Below, piece by piece: positions 1 through 8,055 of a stretch of 58,909 bases of DNA (position 1 is its first letter; every line of letters begins with the position of its first letter). The position numbers and the translations under genes were made by a program. Below the pieces are notes generated by a model, which saw only the letters and a list, made by a program, of their open reading frames with translations, did no database searches and was not told the DNA's origin. The DNA comes from Fidelibacterota bacterium (GTDB lineage Bacteria; Fidelibacterota; Marinisomatia; Marinisomatales; TCS55), in contig JBHHTW010000012.1 in NCBI GenBank assembly GCA_046861385.1, forward strand, positions 1-58,909. Reading direction: 5' to 3'.

Positions 1-72
1 AGATTATCGGTTGGGATTGAAAATGTGGATGATATAATGAACGATTTAGAACAGGCGCTGAAAAAAGTATAA
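1..72 (+). CDS. 3' end of PLP-dependent Cys/Met trans-sulfuration enzyme (cystathionine gamma-lyase/synthase or methionine gamma-lyase), partial
   Basis: Frame 1 reads RLSVGIENVDDIMNDLEQALKKV*, the typical C-terminal RLSVGxE..D...DL.QAL motif of this family. Confidence 0.85.
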   Translation, partial: RLSVGIENVDDIMNDLEQALKKV

Positions 73-102
73 ATGAGTATTGAAAAAAAGGATTGAAAAA
101 TA

Positions 103-714
103 ATGGACCATCCTGAAAACAATACAAATTCCTTTCAGTTCTGGGAAGACATCTATTTGGCAGATGATACCGGCTGGGATTTGGGCGGTGTTACTCCTGC
201 CATCGAGTCCATCGCCAAAGCATTAACCCCAGGAAAAGTTTGCATCCTTGGCTGTGGCCGTGGTTACGATGCAGTCATGTTTGCGAAAAAAGGATTCGAG
301 GTCACGGCAGTGGATTTTGCACCGTCAGCAATTAAATCCGTTAAAAGTTTAGCAAAGAAAGCTGATGTCACCATTCAAGCAATTCAAGACGATATTTTTT
401 CTTTAATACCAAAATACGAGAATATGTTCGATTATATTATTGAACAAACCTGTTTTTGCGCAATTAATCCCGATCAAAGATATGAGTATGAACACCTGGT
501 AAAAAAACTATTAAAATCAGGTGGGAAACTTATCGGCCTTTGGTTTCCCTTAGATAAAACGATTGAAGAGGGTGGACCACCGTGGGCAGTGAAAATAAAA
601 GAAGTAAAATCCATTTTCAAAAATGGTTGGACTATTGAAAAGGAAGGATTCTTAGATTTATCTATCTCGTCAAGAAAAGGACGTGAAAAGTTGATTATTT
701 TTAAGAAAAAATAA
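103..714 (+). CDS. TPMT-family (thiopurine/thiol/halide) SAM-dependent methyltransferase
   Basis: FWEDIY...GWDLG, ILGCGRGYD SAM motif, EQTCFCAI, GGPPW. Confidence 0.85.
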   Translation: MDHPENNTNSFQFWEDIYLADDTGWDLGGVTPAIESIAKALTPGKVCILGCGRGYDAVMFAKKGFEVTAVDFAPSAIKSVKSLAKKADVTIQAIQDDIFSLIPKYENMFDYIIEQTCFCAINPDQRYEYEHLVKKLLKSGGKLIGLWFPLDKTIEEGGPPWAVKIKEVKSIFKNGWTIEKEGFLDLSISSRKGREKLIIFKKK

Positions 715-760
715 TCTTACATATAATATCTCCATACTTTTTTAACCTAATTTTGACGCT

Positions 761-1540
761 ATGATTTCAGATAAAAACCTGGCTATTGATGCTGCCAAAG
801 AAGCGGGCAGCATTATTATGACCTATTATAAAGCAGACTATGAGATTCGTGATAAGGGATATCATAATCCTGTCACGACTGCAGATCACGCCGCAGATAC
901 CTGGCTGAAAGAGAATTTGATGAAGGCACGACCGGAATACGGTTGGCTTTCGGAAGAAACGGTGGATTCCCCTGCTCGACTCACCAATGAAAAAGTCTGG
1001 GTGGTGGATCCGTTGGACGGGACAAAAGAATTTATTGAAGGTGTACCAAACTTTGTGGTAAGTATAGCTCTGGTTGAAAAGGGAATTCCGGTGGTGGGTG
1101 TCTTGTATAATCCTGTCACAAAAGAAACCTTCACGGCTGAAAAAGGTGAAGGAGCCTATTTGAACGGAGACCGGATTCACTGTTCAACCAAAGAGAATTT
1201 AGAAGAAATGGTCATTTTAAACAGTCGATCTGAAACTCGCCGTGGACTCTGGAAGCCTTTCGCAGGCATATTTGGTGAATTAAAAGCGATTGGTTCAGTG
1301 GCTTATAAACTAGGATTAACAGCAGCGGGGAAAGCCGATATTTTTGCATCTTTGCGCCCGAAGAATGAATGGGACATTTGTGCCGGAAACTGTATCATCA
1401 ATGAAGCCGGTGGAAAGCTGATCGACTTGAAGGGAAATCAACGAAAGTATAATCAGGAAAATACCTTGATTACTCCCGGGTTGATTGCGGGGGAAATAAA
1501 GGCAGTGGATAAAACGTATCAAGTATTAAAAAGTGTTTAA
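761..1540 (+). CDS. cysQ: 3'(2'),5'-bisphosphate nucleotidase CysQ / inositol monophosphatase family
   Basis: PVTTAD, WLSEE, WVVDPLDGTKEF, EWDICAG motifs. Confidence 0.8.
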   Translation: MISDKNLAIDAAKEAGSIIMTYYKADYEIRDKGYHNPVTTADHAADTWLKENLMKARPEYGWLSEETVDSPARLTNEKVWVVDPLDGTKEFIEGVPNFVVSIALVEKGIPVVGVLYNPVTKETFTAEKGEGAYLNGDRIHCSTKENLEEMVILNSRSETRRGLWKPFAGIFGELKAIGSVAYKLGLTAAGKADIFASLRPKNEWDICAGNCIINEAGGKLIDLKGNQRKYNQENTLITPGLIAGEIKAVDKTYQVLKSV

Positions 1541-1581
1541 GCATTGAAGTCTTCAAGTCCAATTCATCATACTTCTATCCT

Positions 1582-1708
1582 CCGTATATTTACGGGGCGT
1601 ATATCTACGGGTTATAGTTTTATGATGACAAGAAGCTAATTTATATTTTATATAAATAATTGAATTATACCAAGAATCCCCCGTATATTTACGGGGCGTA
1701 TAATTACG
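1582..1708. promoter_or_regulatory. Duplicated 22-bp motif containing four CGTA-N4-TACG palindromes upstream of an ATPase gene (putative operators)
   Basis: ccgtatatttacggggcgtata at 1582-1603 and 1681-1702; boxes at 1583, 1598, 1682 and 1697. Confidence 0.6.
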
Positions 1709-1719
1709 TGGTATGCTAA

Positions 1720-2847
1720 ATGAATCCTTTTAAATATGGAAAAATTGTAGAAAAAGAAGATTTTTGTAATCGAAACCAAGAATTGCAGTTTCTAAAGCGT
1801 AAAATTCTGAACAATCAATCTGTTTGGCTCTACTCTCCCCGAAGATATGGAAAATCCTCCTTACTTTTGAAAGCATTTGGAGAAATAGAGGATATAAAAA
1901 CAATTTATTTTGATTTATACAATATTTTAACTCTTTCTGATTTTGCACAACAATATTCCGATGCAATTTCAAAAGAATTATTTGATTGGCAGCAGGATAT
2001 GCGCAAACTTCTCCAAAATTTAGGTCAGTATTATGCCGGTTTATCACCAAGTATAACTTTGGATGAAACCGGCGCCCCAACCTTTAGATTAGAAAAATCA
2101 TTTCTCAGTAAAAAAGCCAATATTGGGAAAATATTATCAGTCCCTGAAGAAATTGGAAAGAGAAATAATATTCATATCTGCATTGCTTTTGACGAATTCC
2201 AGGAATATAAACGTATTGACCCATTTTTAGTAAATCAAATGCGTTCAATATTTCAAACTCAAAAGAATGTTTCCTATATATTCATGGGCAGTAAACAAAG
2301 TTTGATGCAATCTATTTTCAGTGATCCGAATTCTCCATTTTATGAGTTTGGAGAAAAAATGACCATTGCACCCATTGTAAAAAAGGATTGGATAGAATTC
2401 ATCTCTAATAAGTTTAATCAAACTCATCTAAAAATAAAGAAGAAAACAATAGACGAAATACTGGAGATTTCTAAAGGCCATCCACATTATACACAATATT
2501 TTTCTTCAGTTGTTTGGAATTTGATCAATGAAGGTGTGGACCAAAATCCCCAGCAATTTTTACAACAATGGCTGGGACGTATTATTAATAGCCAATCGGA
2601 TATATTCCAAAATATTCTGGATCAACTGACGAATAATCAGCGAAAAGTTCTATTGGCTCTTTCAACCTCAGATTCACTACAACTGTATGGAAAAGAAACG
2701 GCAGATAAATTTAACTTCCCGTCCGATTCTACTCTGAATGAAGCCGTTAAAGGGCTCCTGAAAAAAGATATTATTATTAAGAAAAATGGTTATTATCAAT
2801 TGGCGAATATCATTATGAAAGAATGGCTGAAAAAAATATCAGCCTAA
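1720..2847 (+). CDS. AAA+ ATPase (archaeal ATPase-like) with C-terminal winged helix
   Basis: NPFKYG...DFCNR start, Walker A SPRRYGKS, Walker B IAFDEFQ, GHPHYTQ. Confidence 0.8.
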   Translation: MNPFKYGKIVEKEDFCNRNQELQFLKRKILNNQSVWLYSPRRYGKSSLLLKAFGEIEDIKTIYFDLYNILTLSDFAQQYSDAISKELFDWQQDMRKLLQNLGQYYAGLSPSITLDETGAPTFRLEKSFLSKKANIGKILSVPEEIGKRNNIHICIAFDEFQEYKRIDPFLVNQMRSIFQTQKNVSYIFMGSKQSLMQSIFSDPNSPFYEFGEKMTIAPIVKKDWIEFISNKFNQTHLKIKKKTIDEILEISKGHPHYTQYFSSVVWNLINEGVDQNPQQFLQQWLGRIINSQSDIFQNILDQLTNNQRKVLLALSTSDSLQLYGKETADKFNFPSDSTLNEAVKGLLKKDIIIKKNGYYQLANIIMKEWLKKISA

Positions 2848-2874
2848 TATTTCAATAAAGTAAAAAGGGAAAGA

Positions 2875-3837
2875 ATGACACAAATACCAGAAGATGCAAT
2901 TAAATGTTTAGATAAAGGCTTTGTCCGCCTTGTGGATTCTATGGGTGGTGATGATGCCATTGTGCAATCCGCTCGTGTGAGTTATGGACAGGGAACCAGC
3001 AAGGTTTCCCAGGATCGCGGTTTGATTCGCTACCTAATGCGCCATCGCCACACCACACCTTTTGAAATGGTGGAATTCAAATTTCACTGCAAGATGCCCA
3101 TTTTTGTGGCTCGTCAGTGGGTTCGTCATCGTACAGCGAATATCAATGAATATTCATTGCGTTATTCCGAAGCACGGGATGAGTTTTATTTTCCAGATCC
3201 GGAACATATTCAATTCCAGAGTGCCCTGAATAAACAGGGACGGGCAGGAGACGTGCCGGATGACCTGAAGCAAAAAGTGTTGGATTCATTTCACGAAATA
3301 TCCGAACGGAGTTTTGCGCTGTACCAGGAATTGAATGAAGCCGGCGTAGCTCGGGAACTGGCTCGCTCACTTCTGCCCGTGAATTTGTATACTGAATGGT
3401 ATTGGAAAAATGATCTTCACAATTTGCTGCATTTTATTGGTCTGCGTTCAGACAGCCATGCCCAATACGAAATCAGAGTTTATTCTGATGCCATGGCTGA
3501 ATCGGTTAAAAAAGTGGCTCCGTTTGCCTGGGAAGCCTTTCAAGATTACGTTGTAAATGGAATGCGGTTTTCCCAGATAGAACAAAGTTTGTTAGAGAAA
3601 CAACTTCCGCCTCGAGTAGTAGATGATATATCCGAAGATATCGCTTATCAGATTACTGCCACCATGCACAAGAATAAACCCCGTGATAAAGCTGATTTAT
3701 ATCCCTTGTATCAAAAACAAAATGGTTCGGATTCGGAAGAAGATTTCAACCTCAAATGGGATTCCGGTGAAATAGAAACCGGAAATATTCGGGAATTGCG
3801 GGAATTTAAAGAAAAGCTACAAATGTTAAAGAAATAA
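2875..3837 (+). CDS. thyX: FAD-dependent thymidylate synthase
   Basis: ARQWVRHR-X7-SLRY signature, HTTPFE, ARELAR, HAQYEIR. Confidence 0.95.
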   Translation: MTQIPEDAIKCLDKGFVRLVDSMGGDDAIVQSARVSYGQGTSKVSQDRGLIRYLMRHRHTTPFEMVEFKFHCKMPIFVARQWVRHRTANINEYSLRYSEARDEFYFPDPEHIQFQSALNKQGRAGDVPDDLKQKVLDSFHEISERSFALYQELNEAGVARELARSLLPVNLYTEWYWKNDLHNLLHFIGLRSDSHAQYEIRVYSDAMAESVKKVAPFAWEAFQDYVVNGMRFSQIEQSLLEKQLPPRVVDDISEDIAYQITATMHKNKPRDKADLYPLYQKQNGSDSEEDFNLKWDSGEIETGNIRELREFKEKLQMLKK

Positions 3838-3945
3838 CAGCGGAGCCGCCCGTCTGTTACATTTGAAAGAAATAAAAAGGAGCGGGCAGGTAGAAAACAC
3901 AAAAAATATGAAAATATTAAATTTTAAAAACACTTTTTAATCTCT

Positions 3946-4626
3946 ATGACACTGCATCAAAGAAACGAAGGCCATCGCCAGCGGCTCCGGGATAAATTCC
4001 TGAAAAGCGGTTTAGATGGTTTCCACGATTACGAAATTATTGAGCTTCTTCTTACCCTGGGAACTCCCAGAAAGGATTGTAAACTTGCAGCTAAAGATGC
4101 CTTGAAGAAATTTGGTTCCCTGAAAGCTGTATTGGAAGCTGATCCTAAAGATTTAATTAATATTAAAGGTATCGGTGAAAATAATATTTTCGGACTAAAA
4201 ATTGCCCAAGCTGTTTCACGCCGTTACTTGGCTGACAGAGTTATGAATAAAGATTTTATTCGCTCTTCTGATGAAGTAATTGAATATCTAAAACACAATC
4301 TCCGGGATAAAAACAGGGAAGTATTTTTAGTGATCTATTTAAATGGACGGAATCAGATAATGAAAATGGAAGAACTGTTTGAAGGCACTCTTTCCAGCTC
4401 ATCTGTTTATCCAAGAGAAGTGATAAAACGAGCGTTGGCTAATGATGCAGCTGCGCTGGTTTTTGTTCATAACCATCCCAGCGGAAATCCAAATCCCAGT
4501 CAGGATGATCTTACCATTACCAAACAATTAAAAGCAGCTACACAAACCGTTGATATTTCTGTTCATGACCACCTAATTATAGCCGGAAATGAGGTGTATT
4601 CCTTTGCTGACCACGGATTGATTTGA
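3946..4626 (+). CDS. radC: RadC / JAB-domain protein
   Basis: GHRQRLR start, HhH, VYPREV, HNHPSG, DHLII. Confidence 0.93.
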   Translation: MTLHQRNEGHRQRLRDKFLKSGLDGFHDYEIIELLLTLGTPRKDCKLAAKDALKKFGSLKAVLEADPKDLINIKGIGENNIFGLKIAQAVSRRYLADRVMNKDFIRSSDEVIEYLKHNLRDKNREVFLVIYLNGRNQIMKMEELFEGTLSSSSVYPREVIKRALANDAAALVFVHNHPSGNPNPSQDDLTITKQLKAATQTVDISVHDHLIIAGNEVYSFADHGLI

Positions 4627-4743
4627 TTTGCCACAGAGACACAGAGTTGACAAAGAAATGACAGTGGTATTTCTTGGAATTAATTATAGAGTAAGTAATA
4701 AATTCACATTAATGTAATTAAAGACTGAATTTAAATTCCAACC

Positions 4744-5955
4744 ATGAAAGAAAAATACATTGTAGGCCCTAGAGAAGACAAACCCCGCTCTGATATACGC
4801 ATAACTTTTACACCCTCCAAGAAGTCCCTATCATTTGAACTTTCCAGTAAAGTAGATGTTTTATTTGGTAAATCAATTTTAGCTCAGGCAGAAAATGTAT
4901 GTAGAGATTTAGGCATCACTTCCGGGAAAATTTTACTGGAAGATTTTGGTGCATTACCATTTGTTATTTCCGCTCGCATGGAAGCAGTGATAAAAGCTGC
5001 CCACACGGAAATAACTACAGAATCCTTACCTGAAATGAAAAGTCACTGTCAAGGACAGTCCTCAAGAAATCGTTTTCGTCGCAGTCGTTTATATATTCCG
5101 GGAAATCAACCCAAGCTCATGCTGAATGCTGGTATTCATAAACCGGATGGGATCATTTTAGATTTGGAAGACGCAGTTGCTCCACCGGAAAAAGAGTCAA
5201 CCAGGCTTATAGTCAGGAATGCATTACGTACACTGGACTTTTTTGGAGCTGAACGCATGGTGCGTATTAATCAAAGTGAAATGGGATTGAAAGATCTTGA
5301 ATTTCTAGTCCCACATAATGTTCATTTGATTCTTGTCCCTAAAGTGGAAAGCGGTGCACAACTTGTTGCTGTGGATGAAAAAATTGCTGAAATCAGTAAA
5401 AAGTGTGGACGGACAGATCCGGTGTTTCTCATGCCCATTATTGAAAGTGGACGTGGTGTCTTGAAAGCGTTGGAAATAGCGGAAGCATCACCTAATAATG
5501 TAGCGCTTGCCATCGGATTAGAAGACTATACTGCAGACATGGGAACGAAACGTACCCAGGAAGGTCGGGAATCATTCTTTGCCAGAAGCATGGTTGTGAA
5601 TGCTGCCCGTGCGGCGGGATTACAGGCAATTGACTCCGTTTTCAGCGATCTTGGAGATGAAGAAGCTTTGCGGGAATCTGTCCGGGAGGCAAAGGCTTTA
5701 GGCTTTGACGGAAAGGGCTGTATCCATCCACGGCAGATTCAACCGGTCAATGAAGAATTTGCACCGTCTGAATCAGAAATTGAAAAAGCGAAAAGAGTTG
5801 TTTTGGCTTTTGACGAAGCCGAAGCTAAAGGGCTTGGTGTGGTATCGCTTGGTTCAAAAATGATTGATGCTCCAGTTGTTAAAAAAGCAATGCAAATAAT
5901 AGATATGGCAATATTATCAAAGCGACTGTCAAAAGATTGGAAGAAAAATGAGTAA
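4744..5955 (+). CDS. citE: Citrate lyase ACP-like (CitD) domain fused to citryl-CoA lyase (CitE)
   Basis: N-terminal ~90 aa with FG..I...DxGALxFVIxAR (CitD-like); then RRSRLYIPG, ILDLEDAV, GxEDY, GKGCIHPRQI, MIDAP. Confidence 0.85.
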   Translation: MKEKYIVGPREDKPRSDIRITFTPSKKSLSFELSSKVDVLFGKSILAQAENVCRDLGITSGKILLEDFGALPFVISARMEAVIKAAHTEITTESLPEMKSHCQGQSSRNRFRRSRLYIPGNQPKLMLNAGIHKPDGIILDLEDAVAPPEKESTRLIVRNALRTLDFFGAERMVRINQSEMGLKDLEFLVPHNVHLILVPKVESGAQLVAVDEKIAEISKKCGRTDPVFLMPIIESGRGVLKALEIAEASPNNVALAIGLEDYTADMGTKRTQEGRESFFARSMVVNAARAAGLQAIDSVFSDLGDEEALRESVREAKALGFDGKGCIHPRQIQPVNEEFAPSESEIEKAKRVVLAFDEAEAKGLGVVSLGSKMIDAPVVKKAMQIIDMAILSKRLSKDWKKNE

Positions 5956-7510
5956 GCCGAAAATGATTCGAAATTCAGTCGGACGGCTGGTACCTAATGT
6001 CATAAATAACAATCCTCAAGTTCCATTTAAAGGTGTTGGAAAATTTTCACCTTATGGAAAAATAGCTGCACCTCAAATTCGCAATTGCAGTGAATATCCA
6101 TTAGATGGAAATAAAGTGGTCGGTTCACTAAAAGAAGCATTAGAAAAAGCAGGACTGAAAAATGGAATGACCGTATCTAATCATCATCATTTTCGAAATG
6201 GCGATCTGGTGATGAACCAGGTGTTTGATATTGCATCAGAGATGGAAATTAAAGGATTGCGTTGGTTTCCCTCAGCCGCTTTTCCCTGTCATAAACCGGT
6301 GATAGATCATATCAAGAATGGAACAATCGATTGGATTGAAGGATCGTTAAACGGTCCATTGGGTGATTTTGCCTCACGTGGTGGAATGCGAGGTACAGGT
6401 GTTTTACGGAGTCATGGTGGTCGCTGGCAGGCAGTTCAGGATGGTGAGGTTCACATTGACATTGCGATCATTGCCGCACCAACAGCAGATCAATTTGGCA
6501 ACGCAACAGGAGATCGCGGGCCGTCGGCCTGTGGACTATTAGGCTTTGGTCTGGTGGATACGCTGTATGCGGATAAAGTAATTGTTGTAACCGATAATTT
6601 GGTTCCTTTTCCATGTGTGCCTTGGCAAATTCAAGGACAAAACGTGGACTTCGTCGTTGTGATGGATAAAGTAGGTGAACCGGAAAAAATTGTATCCGGA
6701 ACAACAAAACTTACCCGTTCACCAGACAGATTATTTATAGCAGAAATGACTGCAAAATTTGTTCAGGCAGCTGGAATTATTAAAGAAGGGTTCAGTTTCC
6801 AAGCAGGGGCAGGCGGTACAGCTTTGGCTTTTGCTATTTACCTGAAGGAAATGATGATAGACGCTGGAATAAAAGCAAGATTCGTGCGTGGCGGTTCCAC
6901 TAAATACTTAGTGGAAATGCTGGAAGCAGGCCTTACAGATTTTATACTCGATGGTCAGACATTCGATTTGGATGGAGTCAGATCAATGCGGGAGAATTAT
7001 GGACATGTAAATACATCACCATTTACCAGTTATAATTGGCATGGAAAAGGCAACTTTGCCAGCATGGTGGATGTGGTTGTTCTCGGCGCAACAGAAGTGG
7101 ATGTGAATTTTAATGCCAACGTTGTAACCCATTCCGATGGGCGCATGCTCCATGGAATCGGCGGATGGCAGAACTGTCTATTCAGTAAATGTACGATTCT
7201 TCCCATTCCAGCATTTCGCGACCGAATTCCAATTATCGTTGACAATGTTACTACATTGGTTGGTCCCGGTGAATTAATTGATGTCATAGTTACTGAGAGA
7301 GGAATAGCCATTAATCCATTACGGAAAGATCTCATTAAAGCAACGAAAAACAGCGATTTGCCAATTCGAAAAATTGAGGATATAAAAGCAGAAGTGGATG
7401 ATCTAATTGGAGGTCCGCCAACCAAACCTGAACTTACAGATGAAGTGATTAGTGTCGTTAAATGGGTAGATGGGACTATCATAGATAGTATTTATAAAAT
7501 TAAGGAATGA
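5948..7510 (+). CDS. citF: Citrate lyase alpha subunit / CoA-transferase
   Basis: GMTVSNHHHFRNGD, RSHGGR, FSFQAGAGG, ATEVDVNFNANV, VTERGIAINP; overlaps citE stop. Confidence 0.9.
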   Translation: MSKPKMIRNSVGRLVPNVINNNPQVPFKGVGKFSPYGKIAAPQIRNCSEYPLDGNKVVGSLKEALEKAGLKNGMTVSNHHHFRNGDLVMNQVFDIASEMEIKGLRWFPSAAFPCHKPVIDHIKNGTIDWIEGSLNGPLGDFASRGGMRGTGVLRSHGGRWQAVQDGEVHIDIAIIAAPTADQFGNATGDRGPSACGLLGFGLVDTLYADKVIVVTDNLVPFPCVPWQIQGQNVDFVVVMDKVGEPEKIVSGTTKLTRSPDRLFIAEMTAKFVQAAGIIKEGFSFQAGAGGTALAFAIYLKEMMIDAGIKARFVRGGSTKYLVEMLEAGLTDFILDGQTFDLDGVRSMRENYGHVNTSPFTSYNWHGKGNFASMVDVVVLGATEVDVNFNANVVTHSDGRMLHGIGGWQNCLFSKCTILPIPAFRDRIPIIVDNVTTLVGPGELIDVIVTERGIAINPLRKDLIKATKNSDLPIRKIEDIKAEVDDLIGGPPTKPELTDEVISVVKWVDGTIIDSIYKIKE

Positions 7511-8052
7511 TGATGATTAATAAAGAAAAAATATTGGAAATATGGCCTGAAATTGATTGGATCAAAGATGGTGAATTGAAAAATAAAGTCACTAACGCAT
7601 GGATCTGGGCAATCGAAAATAGTATATTATCAGCCGATGATTTGATGGAGATTCCTTTTTCATTACTTATAAAAGATTGTTCGGTCTCGTTCATGAATCA
7701 TAAGCGCACGTGTGTTCAACTTGCTGTGGATATTGCCAATAGAATGCAGGAAAATTTTGGTGATGAAATTCAAATTGATATGGATATCCTCATAGCCGGC
7801 GCCATATTAATTGACGTGGGAAAACTAATGGAATATGAAATTGTGGATGGCAAACTCACTACCAGTGACTACGGTAGTAAAGTACGCCATCCATTCAGCG
7901 GGGTTGCCATTGCGGCCCGATTTGATTTGCCGGCAGATGTTCAGCATATTATCGGCACTCATTCAAAAGAAGGAGATTTGGGCAAGCGAACGGTGGAATC
8001 AATCATTGTCCATCATGCCGATTTTGTAAGCTTTGAACCGTTTAAGGCATAA
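7507..8052 (+). CDS. HD/HDIG-like phosphohydrolase-fold protein
   Basis: H...GAILIDVGK (HD position reads ID), RHPFSG, HSKEG, HHADF; ATGA-coupled to citF. Confidence 0.7.
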   Translation: MMMINKEKILEIWPEIDWIKDGELKNKVTNAWIWAIENSILSADDLMEIPFSLLIKDCSVSFMNHKRTCVQLAVDIANRMQENFGDEIQIDMDILIAGAILIDVGKLMEYEIVDGKLTTSDYGSKVRHPFSGVAIAARFDLPADVQHIIGTHSKEGDLGKRTVESIIVHHADFVSFEPFKA

Positions 8053-8055
8053 AAT

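Noticed and set aside
1582-1708. Mini CRISPR array
   Set aside because: Only two 22-bp copies 99 bp apart and no cas genes; fits operators better
3946-4626. radC as marker of a mobile element
   Set aside because: Full-length chromosomal type with HhH region and no adjacent mobility genes
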